Below, in pieces: positions 32,834 through 42,622 of a stretch of DNA of 64,000 nucleotides. Both the position numbers and the translations under genes were made by a program. The first letter of the stretch is position 1, and every line of letters starts with the position of its first letter. The DNA comes from Candidatus Omnitrophota bacterium (GTDB lineage Bacteria > Omnitrophota > Omnitrophia > Omnitrophales > Aquincolibacteriaceae). The notes under the pieces were generated by a model. The model searched no databases and was not told the origin of the DNA. It was given only the letters and a program-made list of their open reading frames with translations. The stretch covers positions 21 through 64,020 of the forward strand of contig JAZDFE010000004.1 in NCBI GenBank assembly GCA_043808175.1. The letters run 5' to 3'.

Positions 32834-34699
32834 CTATTTGATGATATCCGACTCAAGCCATTCGTACTGCCCGCTCAAAACTTTTTTTGCAACGGCTTTT
32901 TTGAGACCGTCCTGGTTGTAACAGACCTCATGGAATCGACGGGCGATCCTTGTCCGGGTCGTGCGACAGAAAAGATCGGCAAGAAGCGTTAGATCCTCCC
33001 TGGCAGTTCCGTCTTTGATCTTGCTCGCCGCGTAGGAACAGACCACGGAGATGGCAAAAAGATCACACCCGATTTCCACGAACCGGGCAGCCAGGCTTTC
33101 TTTTTTCGCCATCGCCTGCTGGTAGATCATCATGCTGTGAAACATGCTGCGTGCAAGGCGCTGGGTCATGCGTTTTGCATAAAGGAGATGCGGTTTCAAC
33201 TTGGACGGGATCCCTTCCGAGTTGCCGAATCCGAAGACAGGCAGCCAAAGCCCCGGATACCAAAACGCGTAAGAGATACTCATTTCAAAAACAGCTTTTA
33301 ATTTCGCAAAGAGTCCGGCCTTGGGGTTGAAAAGCGGGAGCATGCGCTTGAGATGGATGTCCAGGGCTTCGCGCGTGATAAAAAGATTCATGATCTCGCT
33401 TGTCCCTTCGATGATCGTGTTGATCCTGGAGTCACGAACCAGGCGCTCGATGGGATAAGCCGTTTCACCCTCTCCTCTTTCTCTTAACGATTTCGAGGTC
33501 TCATATCCGCGGCCGCCGCGGACCTGCAGAGCTTCGTTTGTGACATGCCAGCACATTTCAGTACAGAATTTTTTTGCGACCGCGGCCTCGAGCCGGATAT
33601 CCGCATGAGTCCGCATGGCTGTGTGGGTCACATACCAAGTCATGGCCTCCATGGCCAGAACGGAAGCGGACATGCTTGCGAGCTTATCAGCGATCGCCTC
33701 GTGTTCACCGATCGGAGAGCCCCACTGCACGCGTTTCGCGGCCCAGATCCTGGAAACACGCAGCGCGTATTTGCAGGCTCCGGTGACCGCCGCAGGCATC
33801 GTCAGGCGGCCCGTGTTAAGCGTGGTAAGGGCAAGCTTCAGGCCTTCCCCTTCGCCTGCGACGATGTTCTCGCGCGGGACCTTCACATTCGTGAATTTGA
33901 GAAGCCCGATCTTCGCACCGCGGATGCCCATGAACTCGCAGCGGTGCTTGACCTCAAAACCCGGGGTGTTCGTTTCCACAATGAACGCTGTGATCTGCTT
34001 TTTTTCCTTTCCGTGAACCATTTTGGGCGGTGTCAGCGCCATGACTATCAGGATGTCCGCGATCACGCCGTTCGTGCACCACAGCTTCTCGCCGTTCAGC
34101 AGAAAATACTTTCCGCCTTCGACCGGTGTGGCCGTGGTGGTCATTTTGCTCGGATCGCTGCCGGCACCCGGCTCCGTAAGCGCAAATCCAGAGATTACAT
34201 CCTTGCGGAAGCGGGGCAGGAATTTTTTCTTCTGCTCTTCAGTGCCGAAATCAAGCAGCGGTTGGGGAACGCCGATGCTTTGATGCGCGGAAAGAAGGAC
34301 CGCGGTGGAACTACAGTAACTGGAAATCAGGTGCATCACCCTCCCATAGTTCACCTTGCTTAGCCCCAAGCCACCGTAGCTTTCGGGGATCTTGAGAGCG
34401 AAGGCACCTATTTCAAAAAGCTTCCGGACCACCTCGGCCGGGATCTCCCCTGTCAGGTCGACTTGTTCCGGATCGAGTTTTTCACACAGAAGCTTTTCGA
34501 TCGCAGCCAGATACTCATCACCTTTTTTCTTATCCTCAGGGGTCTGTTCCGGAAAGGGATAGACCAAGTTCCACAGGAATTTACCTTCGTAAAGCCCGCG
34601 TAAAAAACTGCCGCTCTTCCATTCTGTTTGCCGGGACGCTTCAGCAATTTCAAGCGAGGCCCGTTCTTCTTTTCCGACTTTTTTCCCGAACATGTCCAT
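32834..34699 (-). CDS. Long-form acyl-CoA dehydrogenase
   Basis: ACAD motifs (GFALTEPGAGSD, QVRGGRGYETS) with a C-terminal extension; 621 aa. First gene after the 383-bp AT-rich spacer... it is the last gene of the beta-oxidation operon on the minus strand. Confidence 0.85.
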   Translation of the reverse strand: MDMFGKKVGKEERASLEIAEASRQTEWKSGSFLRGLYEGKFLWNLVYPFPEQTPEDKKKGDEYLAAIEKLLCEKLDPEQVDLTGEIPAEVVRKLFEIGAFALKIPESYGGLGLSKVNYGRVMHLISSYCSSTAVLLSAHQSIGVPQPLLDFGTEEQKKKFLPRFRKDVISGFALTEPGAGSDPSKMTTTATPVEGGKYFLLNGEKLWCTNGVIADILIVMALTPPKMVHGKEKKQITAFIVETNTPGFEVKHRCEFMGIRGAKIGLLKFTNVKVPRENIVAGEGEGLKLALTTLNTGRLTMPAAVTGACKYALRVSRIWAAKRVQWGSPIGEHEAIADKLASMSASVLAMEAMTWYVTHTAMRTHADIRLEAAVAKKFCTEMCWHVTNEALQVRGGRGYETSKSLRERGEGETAYPIERLVRDSRINTIIEGTSEIMNLFITREALDIHLKRMLPLFNPKAGLFAKLKAVFEMSISYAFWYPGLWLPVFGFGNSEGIPSKLKPHLLYAKRMTQRLARSMFHSMMIYQQAMAKKESLAARFVEIGCDLFAISVVCSYAASKIKDGTAREDLTLLADLFCRTTRTRIARRFHEVCYNQDGLKKAVAKKVLSGQYEWLESDIIK

Positions 34700-34723
34700 G
34701 GCAATCCTCCTAGGGGATCAAGT

Positions 34724-36832
34724 TTATGATGGGTAGAATGTTTGCCCGTTCGAGGCCAAGCGCGCGAGGAGCGGAGCGACCGCGAACCGTCCACGATCCA
34801 CCGATGCCGCCAAGCGACCCAGATCTTCCGCGATATTCTTCAGGCCCGTGTCATCGGCGTAGCGGAGCAGTCCCGCACGGAACGGAGGGAACCCCGTCCC
34901 CATGATCATGCCGATATCCACAACCCCCGCCTCAGTGGCCACCTTTTCTTCCAAGCACCGGCTCGCTTCATTGATCATGATGTAGATCAGCCGCTTCAGG
35001 ATCTCTTCGTCTGAGATGTCCCTTGCCGGCTTCGGCAGGTCCAAGCCTGCGTTGGGCGTCATCTTCTTGCCCTTGTACCGGTACAAGCCGAGTGATATCT
35101 TTTTTCCATGAAAGCCTTTGCTTTTTAACCGCTCGAGGATCGGCGCTACTTTCATGCGCGTGCCGTAAGCCACTTCCAGGATATGGGCGACCTTGAATCC
35201 GATGTCGATCCCGATATGGTCGAGAAGTTCCCCGGGGCCCATGGGCATTCCGAACCGCTTGGCGACAGAATCGATTTGTTGCGGGCTCACGCCTTCTTCC
35301 ATTAAGTATCCCGCTTCGTTGAGGTACGGAACCAGGATCCGGTTGACGAGAAAACCGCGCACATCTTTCACGATGATCACCGTTTTCCCGAGTTCTCGCG
35401 CGAATTGGACGGTCCGTTCGATCGTTTCCTGGTTTGTCACGTCGGCCGGGATCACTTCGACAAGCGGCATGCGGTTGACGGGATTAAAAAAATGAAGCCC
35501 GATGACCCGTTCGGGATGCGACGTTACCTTGGCTATTTCATTGATAGAGAGGGACGAAGTGTTGGAGGCCAGGATCGTTCCCGATCCGGTGATCTCGCCC
35601 AGTTCGCGGAAAACCTTTTGCTTGATACCGAGGTCCTCAACCACGGCTTCGATGATGAACCCGCAGCGGCGCATGCCTTCCTGAGTCAGTCCCGCGGAGA
35701 TCAGACACATTTTCCGGTCACGCTCAAAGGGTTTCATTCTTTTTTTGCGCACCGATTCGGAGTAGAGCCGGTAAGCTTCCCTCAAAGCACCGCCTAGCGC
35801 GTCGGTATTGATATCTTTAACGCGAACGGGAATGTTCCGGTTACTTAAAAGCTGGGCGACCCCTCCTCCCATAACACCGGCTCCTATCACCCCGGCCTGC
35901 AGGACCGGCTCGGGACGGAGTTTCAGGTCCGTCCACGGAAATTTCTTGTACCGCTCGTTGAGGAAATAAAGCCGGATCAGGCACTTCGAAACCTCCGTGC
36001 CTGCAAGGTCCGCAAATCCTTCGCTTTCAATCCGGGAACCTTGATCCACAGAAAGCCTATAGGATTTCCGGACCACTTCGATCACTTTGAGTGGGGCGGG
36101 ATAAAAGCCGCGCGTTTGCTTGAGTGCGTTTTTCTTCGCAGTGTGGTAAACCAGCATGCGACCCAGCGGGGTTTTTTCAAAGAACCACGGCAGAGGCTGC
36201 CTCACGACCTTTTCTTGCCCCGAAATGAGGGCCTTTGCGAATTCGATCGCCTGAAAGAGCAGGGTTTTTTCAGGGAAAAGCCGGTCGACAAGGCCGGACT
36301 TCAATGCCTCTTTTGCCCCGACCACCTTGCCCGCCAGGATCAGCGGCAGCGCTTTGACGATCCCGATAAGTTTCGGAAGCCTGAGTGTGCCCCCGAATCC
36401 CGGCAGGATCCCGAGCTGAACTTCGGGTAGTCCGATCTTGACCCCGTCCGAAAAACTTGCGACACGGTACTTGCACGCCAACGCAAGTTCGAATCCCCCG
36501 CCGAGGCAAGCGCCGTTGATCACCGCGATCGTCGGGACTTTGATATCCGTGATCATCCGGAGAATGGCTTTTCCGCCCTCGGTCTTTTCGATCATCTGCT
36601 CCCGGTCCGTCAGCCCCTCGATCTCGTGAATGTCGGCCCCGGCAATAAAGATCTTTGGCTTCGCGCTCGTCACGAGCACGGCGAAAAGGTCCGTCCGTTT
36701 TTGAACGGCGCACAAGACCTCTTGCAGTTGCAGCATGGTGACCGTATCCAGCAGATTGACCTCTTTTTCCGGATGATCGAATTCGATCCGTGCGATGCCG
36801 TCTTCTTCTTTCAGATGAATGCGTGTTGTCAT
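34724..36832 (-). CDS. Multifunctional enoyl-CoA hydratase / 3-hydroxyacyl-CoA dehydrogenase (FadB/FadJ-like)
   Basis: N-terminal crotonase fold (FIAGADIHE, GGGFELALAC) and a central NAD Rossmann motif (AGVIGAGVMGGGVAQ); 702 aa. Confidence 0.9.
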   Translation of the reverse strand: MTTRIHLKEEDGIARIEFDHPEKEVNLLDTVTMLQLQEVLCAVQKRTDLFAVLVTSAKPKIFIAGADIHEIEGLTDREQMIEKTEGGKAILRMITDIKVPTIAVINGACLGGGFELALACKYRVASFSDGVKIGLPEVQLGILPGFGGTLRLPKLIGIVKALPLILAGKVVGAKEALKSGLVDRLFPEKTLLFQAIEFAKALISGQEKVVRQPLPWFFEKTPLGRMLVYHTAKKNALKQTRGFYPAPLKVIEVVRKSYRLSVDQGSRIESEGFADLAGTEVSKCLIRLYFLNERYKKFPWTDLKLRPEPVLQAGVIGAGVMGGGVAQLLSNRNIPVRVKDINTDALGGALREAYRLYSESVRKKRMKPFERDRKMCLISAGLTQEGMRRCGFIIEAVVEDLGIKQKVFRELGEITGSGTILASNTSSLSINEIAKVTSHPERVIGLHFFNPVNRMPLVEVIPADVTNQETIERTVQFARELGKTVIIVKDVRGFLVNRILVPYLNEAGYLMEEGVSPQQIDSVAKRFGMPMGPGELLDHIGIDIGFKVAHILEVAYGTRMKVAPILERLKSKGFHGKKISLGLYRYKGKKMTPNAGLDLPKPARDISDEEILKRLIYIMINEASRCLEEKVATEAGVVDIGMIMGTGFPPFRAGLLRYADDTGLKNIAEDLGRLAASVDRGRFAVAPLLARLASNGQTFYPS

Positions 36833-36834
36833 GG

Positions 36835-38112
36835 TTATCTTTCCAGGATAAGGGCCGCGCCCTGACCGCCCCCGACACAGGCTGAAACAAGCCCTCTTCG
36901 CAGCGACCGCCGCTTCATTTCCTTCAGACAGGTGAGTACAAGGCGCGCACCGCTGGTCCCTACCGGATGTCCGAGAGCGATCGCGCCTCCGTTCACGTTC
37001 AAGATTTCCAGGGGGATCTCGCCTAACGGCATTCCGGATGAAAAATGTTTCTTGCAGAATTCTTCGGATGCGAGCCCGCGCAGGCAGGCCAGAACCTGGA
37101 CCGCAAAAGCTTCGTTAATCTCAAAAAGATCGATGTCTTTCAGAGACATTTTGTTCCGCTTCAGGATCTTTTCGATCGCGATCGCCGGGCCGAGTCCCAT
37201 GCGCGCGGGTTCAAGCCCCACATAAAGATAGTCCCGCAAGTAACCCAGGACTTCATAGCCCATCTGTTTTGCTTTTTCTTCCGGCATGATGAGAAGCGCG
37301 CAGGCGCCGTCCGTGATCTGCGACGCATTCCCGGCCGTGACCGTCCCCGTATGCTTCTCAAAGATCGGTTTGAGCTTTTGAAGCGCTTCGTAGGTCTGAT
37401 TCTTGCGGATCCCATTATCATCCCGGACGCACATCTTGTAATCGGGAGGAACGAGAACATCCATGGTTTCCTCGCGAAGCTTCTCCTTGGAGATCTCGGC
37501 GCGCCGGTGGCTTTCCAAAGCGAAACGGTCCTGTTCCGCACGCGAGATCCCGAAATCCTTGGCAAGAAGCTCGGCCGTTTGTCCCATATTTAGTCCACAG
37601 GTCGAGTCACTCAGGCCGAGTACCAGGGACGGCGTCGGGGCGAAATGGTGCGCCCGCATTTTTGTGAAGATCTTCAGTTTTTGGAGGAAGGTCCTGGCTT
37701 TGGAGAGCTTCAGGAAAAGCGCCGCAGTCTCTTTTTTGAAAAGCATCGGCATATTGGACATAGATTCCGTACCGCCCGCGATCACGATCTCATCCACTCC
37801 GCACTGGATCTTTTCAGCCGCGCTCGTGACCGCCTCGAACCCCGAAGCGCAGTTACGCCCCACGGTGTAGGCTCTTTTCTCCTGCGGGATCCCGGCAAGA
37901 AGGCTGATCACGCGCGCCACGTTTGCGGCTTCCGCGGGCTGACCCACGCACCCCATCACCACTTCATCGATCAGACGGCTGTCAAGCTCGGTCCGCTGAA
38001 GAAGTTCAGTCACGCACAAAGTGCCGAGTTGATGGGCCGGGATATTGTCAAAGGATTCCCAGGCTTTGATAAACGGCGTCCGGACGCCGTTGACGATCGC
38101 GATCCTCTTCAT
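36835..38112 (-). CDS. Acetyl-CoA acyltransferase (3-ketoacyl-CoA thiolase)
   Basis: Thiolase signatures (NCASGFEAV active Cys, NVNGGAIALGHPVGTSGARL, CVGGGQGAALILE). Confidence 0.9.
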   Translation of the reverse strand: MKRIAIVNGVRTPFIKAWESFDNIPAHQLGTLCVTELLQRTELDSRLIDEVVMGCVGQPAEAANVARVISLLAGIPQEKRAYTVGRNCASGFEAVTSAAEKIQCGVDEIVIAGGTESMSNMPMLFKKETAALFLKLSKARTFLQKLKIFTKMRAHHFAPTPSLVLGLSDSTCGLNMGQTAELLAKDFGISRAEQDRFALESHRRAEISKEKLREETMDVLVPPDYKMCVRDDNGIRKNQTYEALQKLKPIFEKHTGTVTAGNASQITDGACALLIMPEEKAKQMGYEVLGYLRDYLYVGLEPARMGLGPAIAIEKILKRNKMSLKDIDLFEINEAFAVQVLACLRGLASEEFCKKHFSSGMPLGEIPLEILNVNGGAIALGHPVGTSGARLVLTCLKEMKRRSLRRGLVSACVGGGQGAALILER

Positions 38113-38132
38113 CGATCCCCCCTTTTTACCGT

Positions 38133-39608
38133 TTAGACTTGCGGACGACGGTCCACGATCTTCTTGGCCTTGACGGCCGATTCCAGTTCCAACCGTTTCT
38201 TCATTTCTTCGGCTGTAACGAATACGATGCGATTGAAGGTCATCTCGCAGGATGTCGACACCCTATCGTTCAAGAGCTTCCCGAACCGGGCCTCGTCCAC
38301 CGAGCCGTGCACGCTCAGATAAACGTTCAGCTCATCCACTTCGTAAGGGTCATTATCCTTTTTTGAGATCTCGATCTGCCACTGGTCGATTATTTTTTCA
38401 TCGTCCAGCAAGTACTCCAGATGGTTCAGGTTCACGAGAGTCCCCTTGATCTTCGAAAGCTGGAGATTTTTCATGTTGAAGGCGCGGGAAATATCGCTCG
38501 AAAGGCGCGGAAGATTACATCCGCAGTGGGGACACGGCGCGTAAGTGATCCCGCTCTTGACCAGATCCCCGGTCCGGTAACGCAAGACACAGGATCCCCG
38601 GCCGGAGATCGAAGTGTAGACGATCTCGCCGTCCTCCCCCTCCCCAAGCACCTGTCCGCTTACGGGATCAATGATCTCGAAAACCTCCTGGTCCGGATAA
38701 ATATGGTATCCGCTTGACGATCCGTTCCGGGCTGGACATTCGGTCCAGGCTCCGCGCGCTTCGGTGAATCCGTAAGTGCCGAACACGCTGGCCTCCGGCG
38801 AGTTCATGGAACTCATCAGCTCTCTCAACTTCACCTTGAATCCCGGAGGCACCCGGGAAGCGCCCAACGCGATGTTTTTCACGAAGTTCAGATCACAGCC
38901 TTTTTCCTTGGCCGCTTTCAGGATGTGATAAACAAAATCCGTGGTCCCGATAATAAAGCTCGGTTTGATCTTCATGAGGGTCTGAAGGGTCAGATCGGTC
39001 CCGAACACTTTGCCGCCCCCGGTACTGAAGATGAAAGTACCGCTCGCGAACCCGGTAAAGACCGTCTGCCAGAAAGCCAGATGCGGGGCATAAGGGAAGA
39101 GATTCAGTGCGCGGTCTTTCGCTTTGAAATCAAGAATGGCCGCCAGGCGTTTTCCGTAAAGCTTGAGCCTCTCGAGATCGTAGGCCGTGTAAAAAAACGA
39201 GACGGGGGTCTTGGTCGTGCCGGTAGTGGCCGTAAGGAATATGGGGTTGTACTCTTCTTCCAGGGCCTTCTGGACGCATTCCGGCCCGTACACCGTCTTT
39301 TTCCATGCTAACCCGACGAGTTCCGCGGCAGAAGCAAACTTCCGGATCGAGGCTTCATTGGGTTGAAGGACAAAATCAAGCGGATCATTTGCAAGAGCGC
39401 TGATCAGGTCCTCTTTGGAGGTGAATGGAATACTCTGGAGGTCTTCCGTCCTTTTGATCTTCCTGGGGTCGATGCGGTGCTGATCAAAGAGTTTCCGGTA
39501 ATGAGGGCTAAAGGGATAAAGTTTCCGGTTAATGAACGAGGTGAGTGTCCGGTCCTGAATCTCTTTTATTTTTTTTTTCGGGTAATGAAAGATCTTTTCG
39601 TCTCTCAC
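38133..39608 (-). CDS. Adenylate-forming acyl-CoA ligase of the PaaK/F390-synthetase type
   Basis: A TATTGTTKTP P-loop-like motif and an N-terminal pattern typical of phenylacetate-CoA ligase-like enzymes. Operon context with beta-oxidation genes. Confidence 0.7.
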   Translation of the reverse strand: MRDEKIFHYPKKKIKEIQDRTLTSFINRKLYPFSPHYRKLFDQHRIDPRKIKRTEDLQSIPFTSKEDLISALANDPLDFVLQPNEASIRKFASAAELVGLAWKKTVYGPECVQKALEEEYNPIFLTATTGTTKTPVSFFYTAYDLERLKLYGKRLAAILDFKAKDRALNLFPYAPHLAFWQTVFTGFASGTFIFSTGGGKVFGTDLTLQTLMKIKPSFIIGTTDFVYHILKAAKEKGCDLNFVKNIALGASRVPPGFKVKLRELMSSMNSPEASVFGTYGFTEARGAWTECPARNGSSSGYHIYPDQEVFEIIDPVSGQVLGEGEDGEIVYTSISGRGSCVLRYRTGDLVKSGITYAPCPHCGCNLPRLSSDISRAFNMKNLQLSKIKGTLVNLNHLEYLLDDEKIIDQWQIEISKKDNDPYEVDELNVYLSVHGSVDEARFGKLLNDRVSTSCEMTFNRIVFVTAEEMKKRLELESAVKAKKIVDRRPQV

Positions 39609-39638
39609 GAAATGCGTCTCCTTTGGTTTTGCTCCGGG

Positions 39639-40073
39639 TTACCGCCCGATCTTTGTGGGGCGGCCCTTGGGATCGACCGCCACCATGACCAGGTCCGCCG
39701 AACCGATCCGGACAGCCTTTCCTGTCCTAAGATCTTCAGATTCGATTGCAATCTTGAGCTTCACGGAAGTGCGGCCGATCGAACCGATATGCGCGCGAAG
39801 CGTCAGCAAGCTCCCGACCTTGACCGGACGGTCAAAGGATGCGCGATTGACGGCGGCAAGAACGACGTTTTTTCCGGTCAGTCGTGTCGCAGCCACGAAC
39901 GCGACTTCATCGATGAATCCGAGTATCACGGCGCCGTGAATGCTGCCGTAGTGGTTGGTATGCAGGGGAAGCATCACATGAGACAGGACAGTTTCGGTTC
40001 CGGAGCACAGAGTTCTGTTCTTTGAAGCCATGGCAGAGGTCCTTTCTTTCGCTTTGCAAACTTTGAGGTTCAA
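39639..40073 (-). CDS. Acyl-CoA thioesterase (hotdog fold, YciA-like)
   Basis: HTNHYGSIHGAVILGFIDEVAFVAATR, a typical hotdog thioesterase motif. The start may instead be M15 (40031). Confidence 0.75.
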   Translation of the reverse strand: MNLKVCKAKERTSAMASKNRTLCSGTETVLSHVMLPLHTNHYGSIHGAVILGFIDEVAFVAATRLTGKNVVLAAVNRASFDRPVKVGSLLTLRAHIGSIGRTSVKLKIAIESEDLRTGKAVRIGSADLVMVAVDPKGRPTKIGR

Positions 40074-40221
40074 GCACCTGCATGAAGTGCCTGCCTATGT
40101 AACGGCATTTTTCCTTCTAATTTGAGCGTACGGCTCCCCCCTCATCCAGTAAAAGAAAATGAAAGTCAGGATAGATCGAAAAATGCGAAGATATAGGGGG
40201 CCTAAAAATGGCCGGAAAAGT

Positions 40222-40250
40222 ACAAACCCCCGAACGCCTTGGGGGTTTGT
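40222..40250 (-). terminator. Rho-independent terminator-like hairpin downstream of tRNA-Lys
   Basis: A 10-bp GC-rich stem (ACAAACCCCC / GGGGGTTTGT) with a 9-nt loop. On the minus strand it is followed by ACTTTTCC. Confidence 0.6.
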
Positions 40251-40344
40251 ATCTCTGTCCGGTAGAGATAGACAAGAGAAATGCGGTGCGGTAGCGGGTT
40301 ATCATTAAACCCGCACAGCACCGTATTTGTTCATAAAGAACAAA

Positions 40345-40417
40345 TGAGCCCGGATGGATTCGAACCATCGACACCCGCCTTAAAAGGGCGGTGCTCTACC
40401 AACTGAGCTACGGGCCC
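40345..40417 (-). tRNA. tRNA-Lys (anticodon UUU)
   Basis: The minus strand reads GGGCCCG TA GCTC AGTTGGTA GAGC A CCGCC CTTTTAA GGCGG GTGTC GATGG TTCGAAT CCATC CGGGCTC A. This folds as a full cloverleaf with a T-loop TTCGAAT and anticodon loop CT-TTT-AA. No CCA is encoded. Confidence 0.9.
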
Positions 40418-40459
40418 GTGAAAATCAAAATCAGGGATTTGTTAAAATCTCTCGTTTTT

Positions 40460-40489
40460 CGAGTCCCTAGTCCCGAGGAACGAGTCCCT
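40460..40489. repeat. GAGTCCC-unit repeat element, copy 1
   Basis: CGAGTCCCTAGTCCCGAGGAACGAGTCCCT lies between the frr stop and the tRNA-Lys 5' end. It shares units with the element at 43805-43867. Confidence 0.6.
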
Positions 40490-40499
40490 TTTTGCGGCT

Positions 40500-41072
40500 T
40501 TAGATGGAATGTATTTCCGCTTCTTTGTGCTTCAGGGCTTCATCGACTTGGGTGATGAACTGGTCCGTGAATTTCTGGACCTCTTTTTGCGACGCATGCG
40601 ACATGTCCTCGGGGATCGTCTTGGCTTTTTCGAGCTTCTTCACCTGCTCGATCGCCTCGTGACGTGCATTGCGGATCGAGATACGGCCTTCTTCAGCGAC
40701 TTTGCGAATGACCTTGGTTAGCTCATTGCGCCGCTCTTCCGTGAGCGCCGGGATCTGGATGCGGAGGACCTTCCCGTCGTTGGCGGGCGTAAGGCCGAGA
40801 TCGGATTTCAAGATCGCTTTTTCGATCTCCGCCACGGCCGTCACGTCCCACGGTTGGATCTGGATGGTCCTGGCGTCCGGCGTGGAGATCGTCCCGAGGC
40901 TTTTGATCGGCGTGGGCGTGTTGTAATAGTTGACCTGAATACCTTCGACTAAAGCGATGGACGCGCGGCCGGTGCGGATATTCTGGAATTCTTTTTTGGT
41001 GGATTCCACGCTCTTGGTCATTCTTCTTTTTGTCTCTTCAGCGAGCTTTTTTACATCTGTAATATTATTCAT
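40500..41072 (-). CDS. frr: Ribosome recycling factor
   Basis: Full-length RRF pattern (RTGRASIALVEGIQVNYY..., LTEERRNELTK); 190 aa, with an AGGAG SD. Confidence 0.92.
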   Translation of the reverse strand: MNNITDVKKLAEETKRRMTKSVESTKKEFQNIRTGRASIALVEGIQVNYYNTPTPIKSLGTISTPDARTIQIQPWDVTAVAEIEKAILKSDLGLTPANDGKVLRIQIPALTEERRNELTKVIRKVAEEGRISIRNARHEAIEQVKKLEKAKTIPEDMSHASQKEVQKFTDQFITQVDEALKHKEAEIHSI

Positions 41073-41130
41073 AAGATCTCCTTTTAAATGAGCGTATCCT
41101 CTACGGAGTGAACGCGACTTCCGGCCTCAT

Positions 41131-41844
41131 TCAAGAAACCAAAGTCCCGATCTTCTCTCCCATAACCACGCGACGGATATTGCCGGGCTGGTTCAAGTTA
41201 AACACCACGATCGGCAGATTGTTCTCCATACATAGCGAGGTCGCCGTTGTGTCCATCACACGAAGCTGTTTTTTGATGACGTTGAGGTAGCTGAGGGTCG
41301 TGAACTTTTTGGCGTCTTTGTGTTCCATCGGGTCCTTGTCGTAAACCCCGTCCACTTTGGTCGCCTTCAAAATAACTTCGGCGTTCATTTCGACGGCGCG
41401 AAGTGCGGCGGCCGTATCGGTCGTAAAATAGGGGTTCCCGGTACCGGCAGCAAAGATCACCACACGGCCTTTTTCAAGATGGCGTATGGCCCGGCGACGA
41501 ATATAAGGCTCGCAGAGAGCTTTGATCTCAAGCGCGGATTGGACACGCGTTTGGACCCCGACCTTCTCAAGCGCGTCGGACATCACAAGCCCGTTCATGA
41601 CCGTAGCGAGCATTCCGATGTAATCCGCCGTGGCCCGGTCGATCCCGTTCTTTTCGCCTTCGACGCCCCGGAAAAAATTCCCGCCGCCGATAATACAGAC
41701 AATGCCGACACCCAACTCACGGACTTTTTTGATCTGCTGGGCGATAGAGGCGACGGTCTTGGGATCGATCCCGAAACCGCGTTCGCCTTCGAGGGCTTCT
41801 CCGGAGAGCTTGAGTACGATGCGTTTATAGATGGGTTTTTTCAT
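41131..41844 (-). CDS. pyrH: UMP kinase
   Basis: [13 protein letters not shown]...GGGNFFRG...[11 protein letters not shown]; 237 aa. Confidence 0.92.
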   Translation of the reverse strand: MKKPIYKRIVLKLSGEALEGERGFGIDPKTVASIAQQIKKVRELGVGIVCIIGGGNFFRGVEGEKNGIDRATADYIGMLATVMNGLVMSDALEKVGVQTRVQSALEIKALCEPYIRRRAIRHLEKGRVVIFAAGTGNPYFTTDTAAALRAVEMNAEVILKATKVDGVYDKDPMEHKDAKKFTTLSYLNVIKKQLRVMDTTATSLCMENNLPIVVFNLNQPGNIRRVVMGEKIGTLVS

Positions 41845-41850
41845 GTTTTT

Positions 41851-41917
41851 CAGTGATAAGTGATAAGCGTTAAGCGGTATTTTTTCTTATCTCTTACACC
41901 TTACCGCTTACCGCTGA
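41851..41917. repeat. Imperfect hairpin built from about 7-nt G(T/C)G(A/G)TAAG units (pyrH-tsf spacer)
   Basis: The left arm is CAGTGATAAGTGATAAGCGTTAAGCGGTA. The reverse complement of the right arm is CAGCGGTAAGCGGTAAGGTGTAAGAGATAAG. By my position-by-position count, about 20 of 29 positions pair. Confidence 0.5.
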
Positions 41918-41918
41918 T

Positions 41919-42557
41919 TTAATTGCCGCCGACTTCAAAGCGCACGAAACGACGGATGATGATATTTTCACCGATCTTCGCGATAAATTCCGTCAAAATA
42001 TCCTGCACGGTCCGGCTGTCATCCTTGACGAATCTTTGATTGAGAAGGCAGATATCCTCATATCGCTTCGTGAGCTTGCCTTCGATGATCTTGTTACGGA
42101 CCTGTTCCGGCTTGTCCTTGACCTGTTCGAAAAAGATCGCTTTTTCTTTTTCGAGGTCCGCCGCCGGGATGTTCTCCGGGCCCACATACAGAGGGTGCGC
42201 CGCCGCGATCTGCATCGCGATATCGCGCGTGAAGGATTGAAAGGTCTCGTTCTTGGCCACAAAGTCGGTCTCGCAATTGATTTCCAAAAGCACGCCCAAC
42301 TTGCCGCCGGCGTGGATATAGGAAATGATCTGGCCTTCGCGGGCCTCCCGGGTGGACTTTTTCTTGGCGATATCAAGACCCTTTTTACGGATCACGTCCT
42401 GGGCGCCCTTTAAGTCCCCGCCCGCTTCCACAAGAGCGTTCTTGCAATCCATCATCCCCGCCCCGGTCAATTCCCGGAGTTTCGTCAGATCTGAGCTGTT
42501 AAATTTTGCTTCTCTGGTCGTCATGATATCTGTCCTTATATTTTTGAAGTCACTCAT
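41919..42557 (-). CDS. tsf: Elongation factor Ts (short form)
   Basis: The LRELTGAGMMDCKNAL UBA-like N-terminus. The start may instead be M12 (42524). Confidence 0.9.
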   Translation of the reverse strand: MSDFKNIRTDIMTTREAKFNSSDLTKLRELTGAGMMDCKNALVEAGGDLKGAQDVIRKKGLDIAKKKSTREAREGQIISYIHAGGKLGVLLEINCETDFVAKNETFQSFTRDIAMQIAAAHPLYVGPENIPAADLEKEKAIFFEQVKDKPEQVRNKIIEGKLTKRYEDICLLNQRFVKDDSRTVQDILTEFIAKIGENIIIRRFVRFEVGGN

Positions 42558-42622
42558 GCTTATGAGAAAACGCCCGAGGATCCATGTCCGCTTGGCGAAT
42601 ACGAAAACCGCCTACGCCAAGG

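Noticed and set aside
40117-40374. Minus-strand 85-aa ORF.
   Set aside because: It overlaps tRNA-Lys and the hairpin series downstream of it, so it is not coding.
40345-40417. tRNA-Lys as a possible integration site flanking a genomic island.
   Set aside because: There is no integrase, no phage or plasmid gene, and no visible direct repeat of the tRNA 3' end nearby. The flanking genes are core metabolism and translation.
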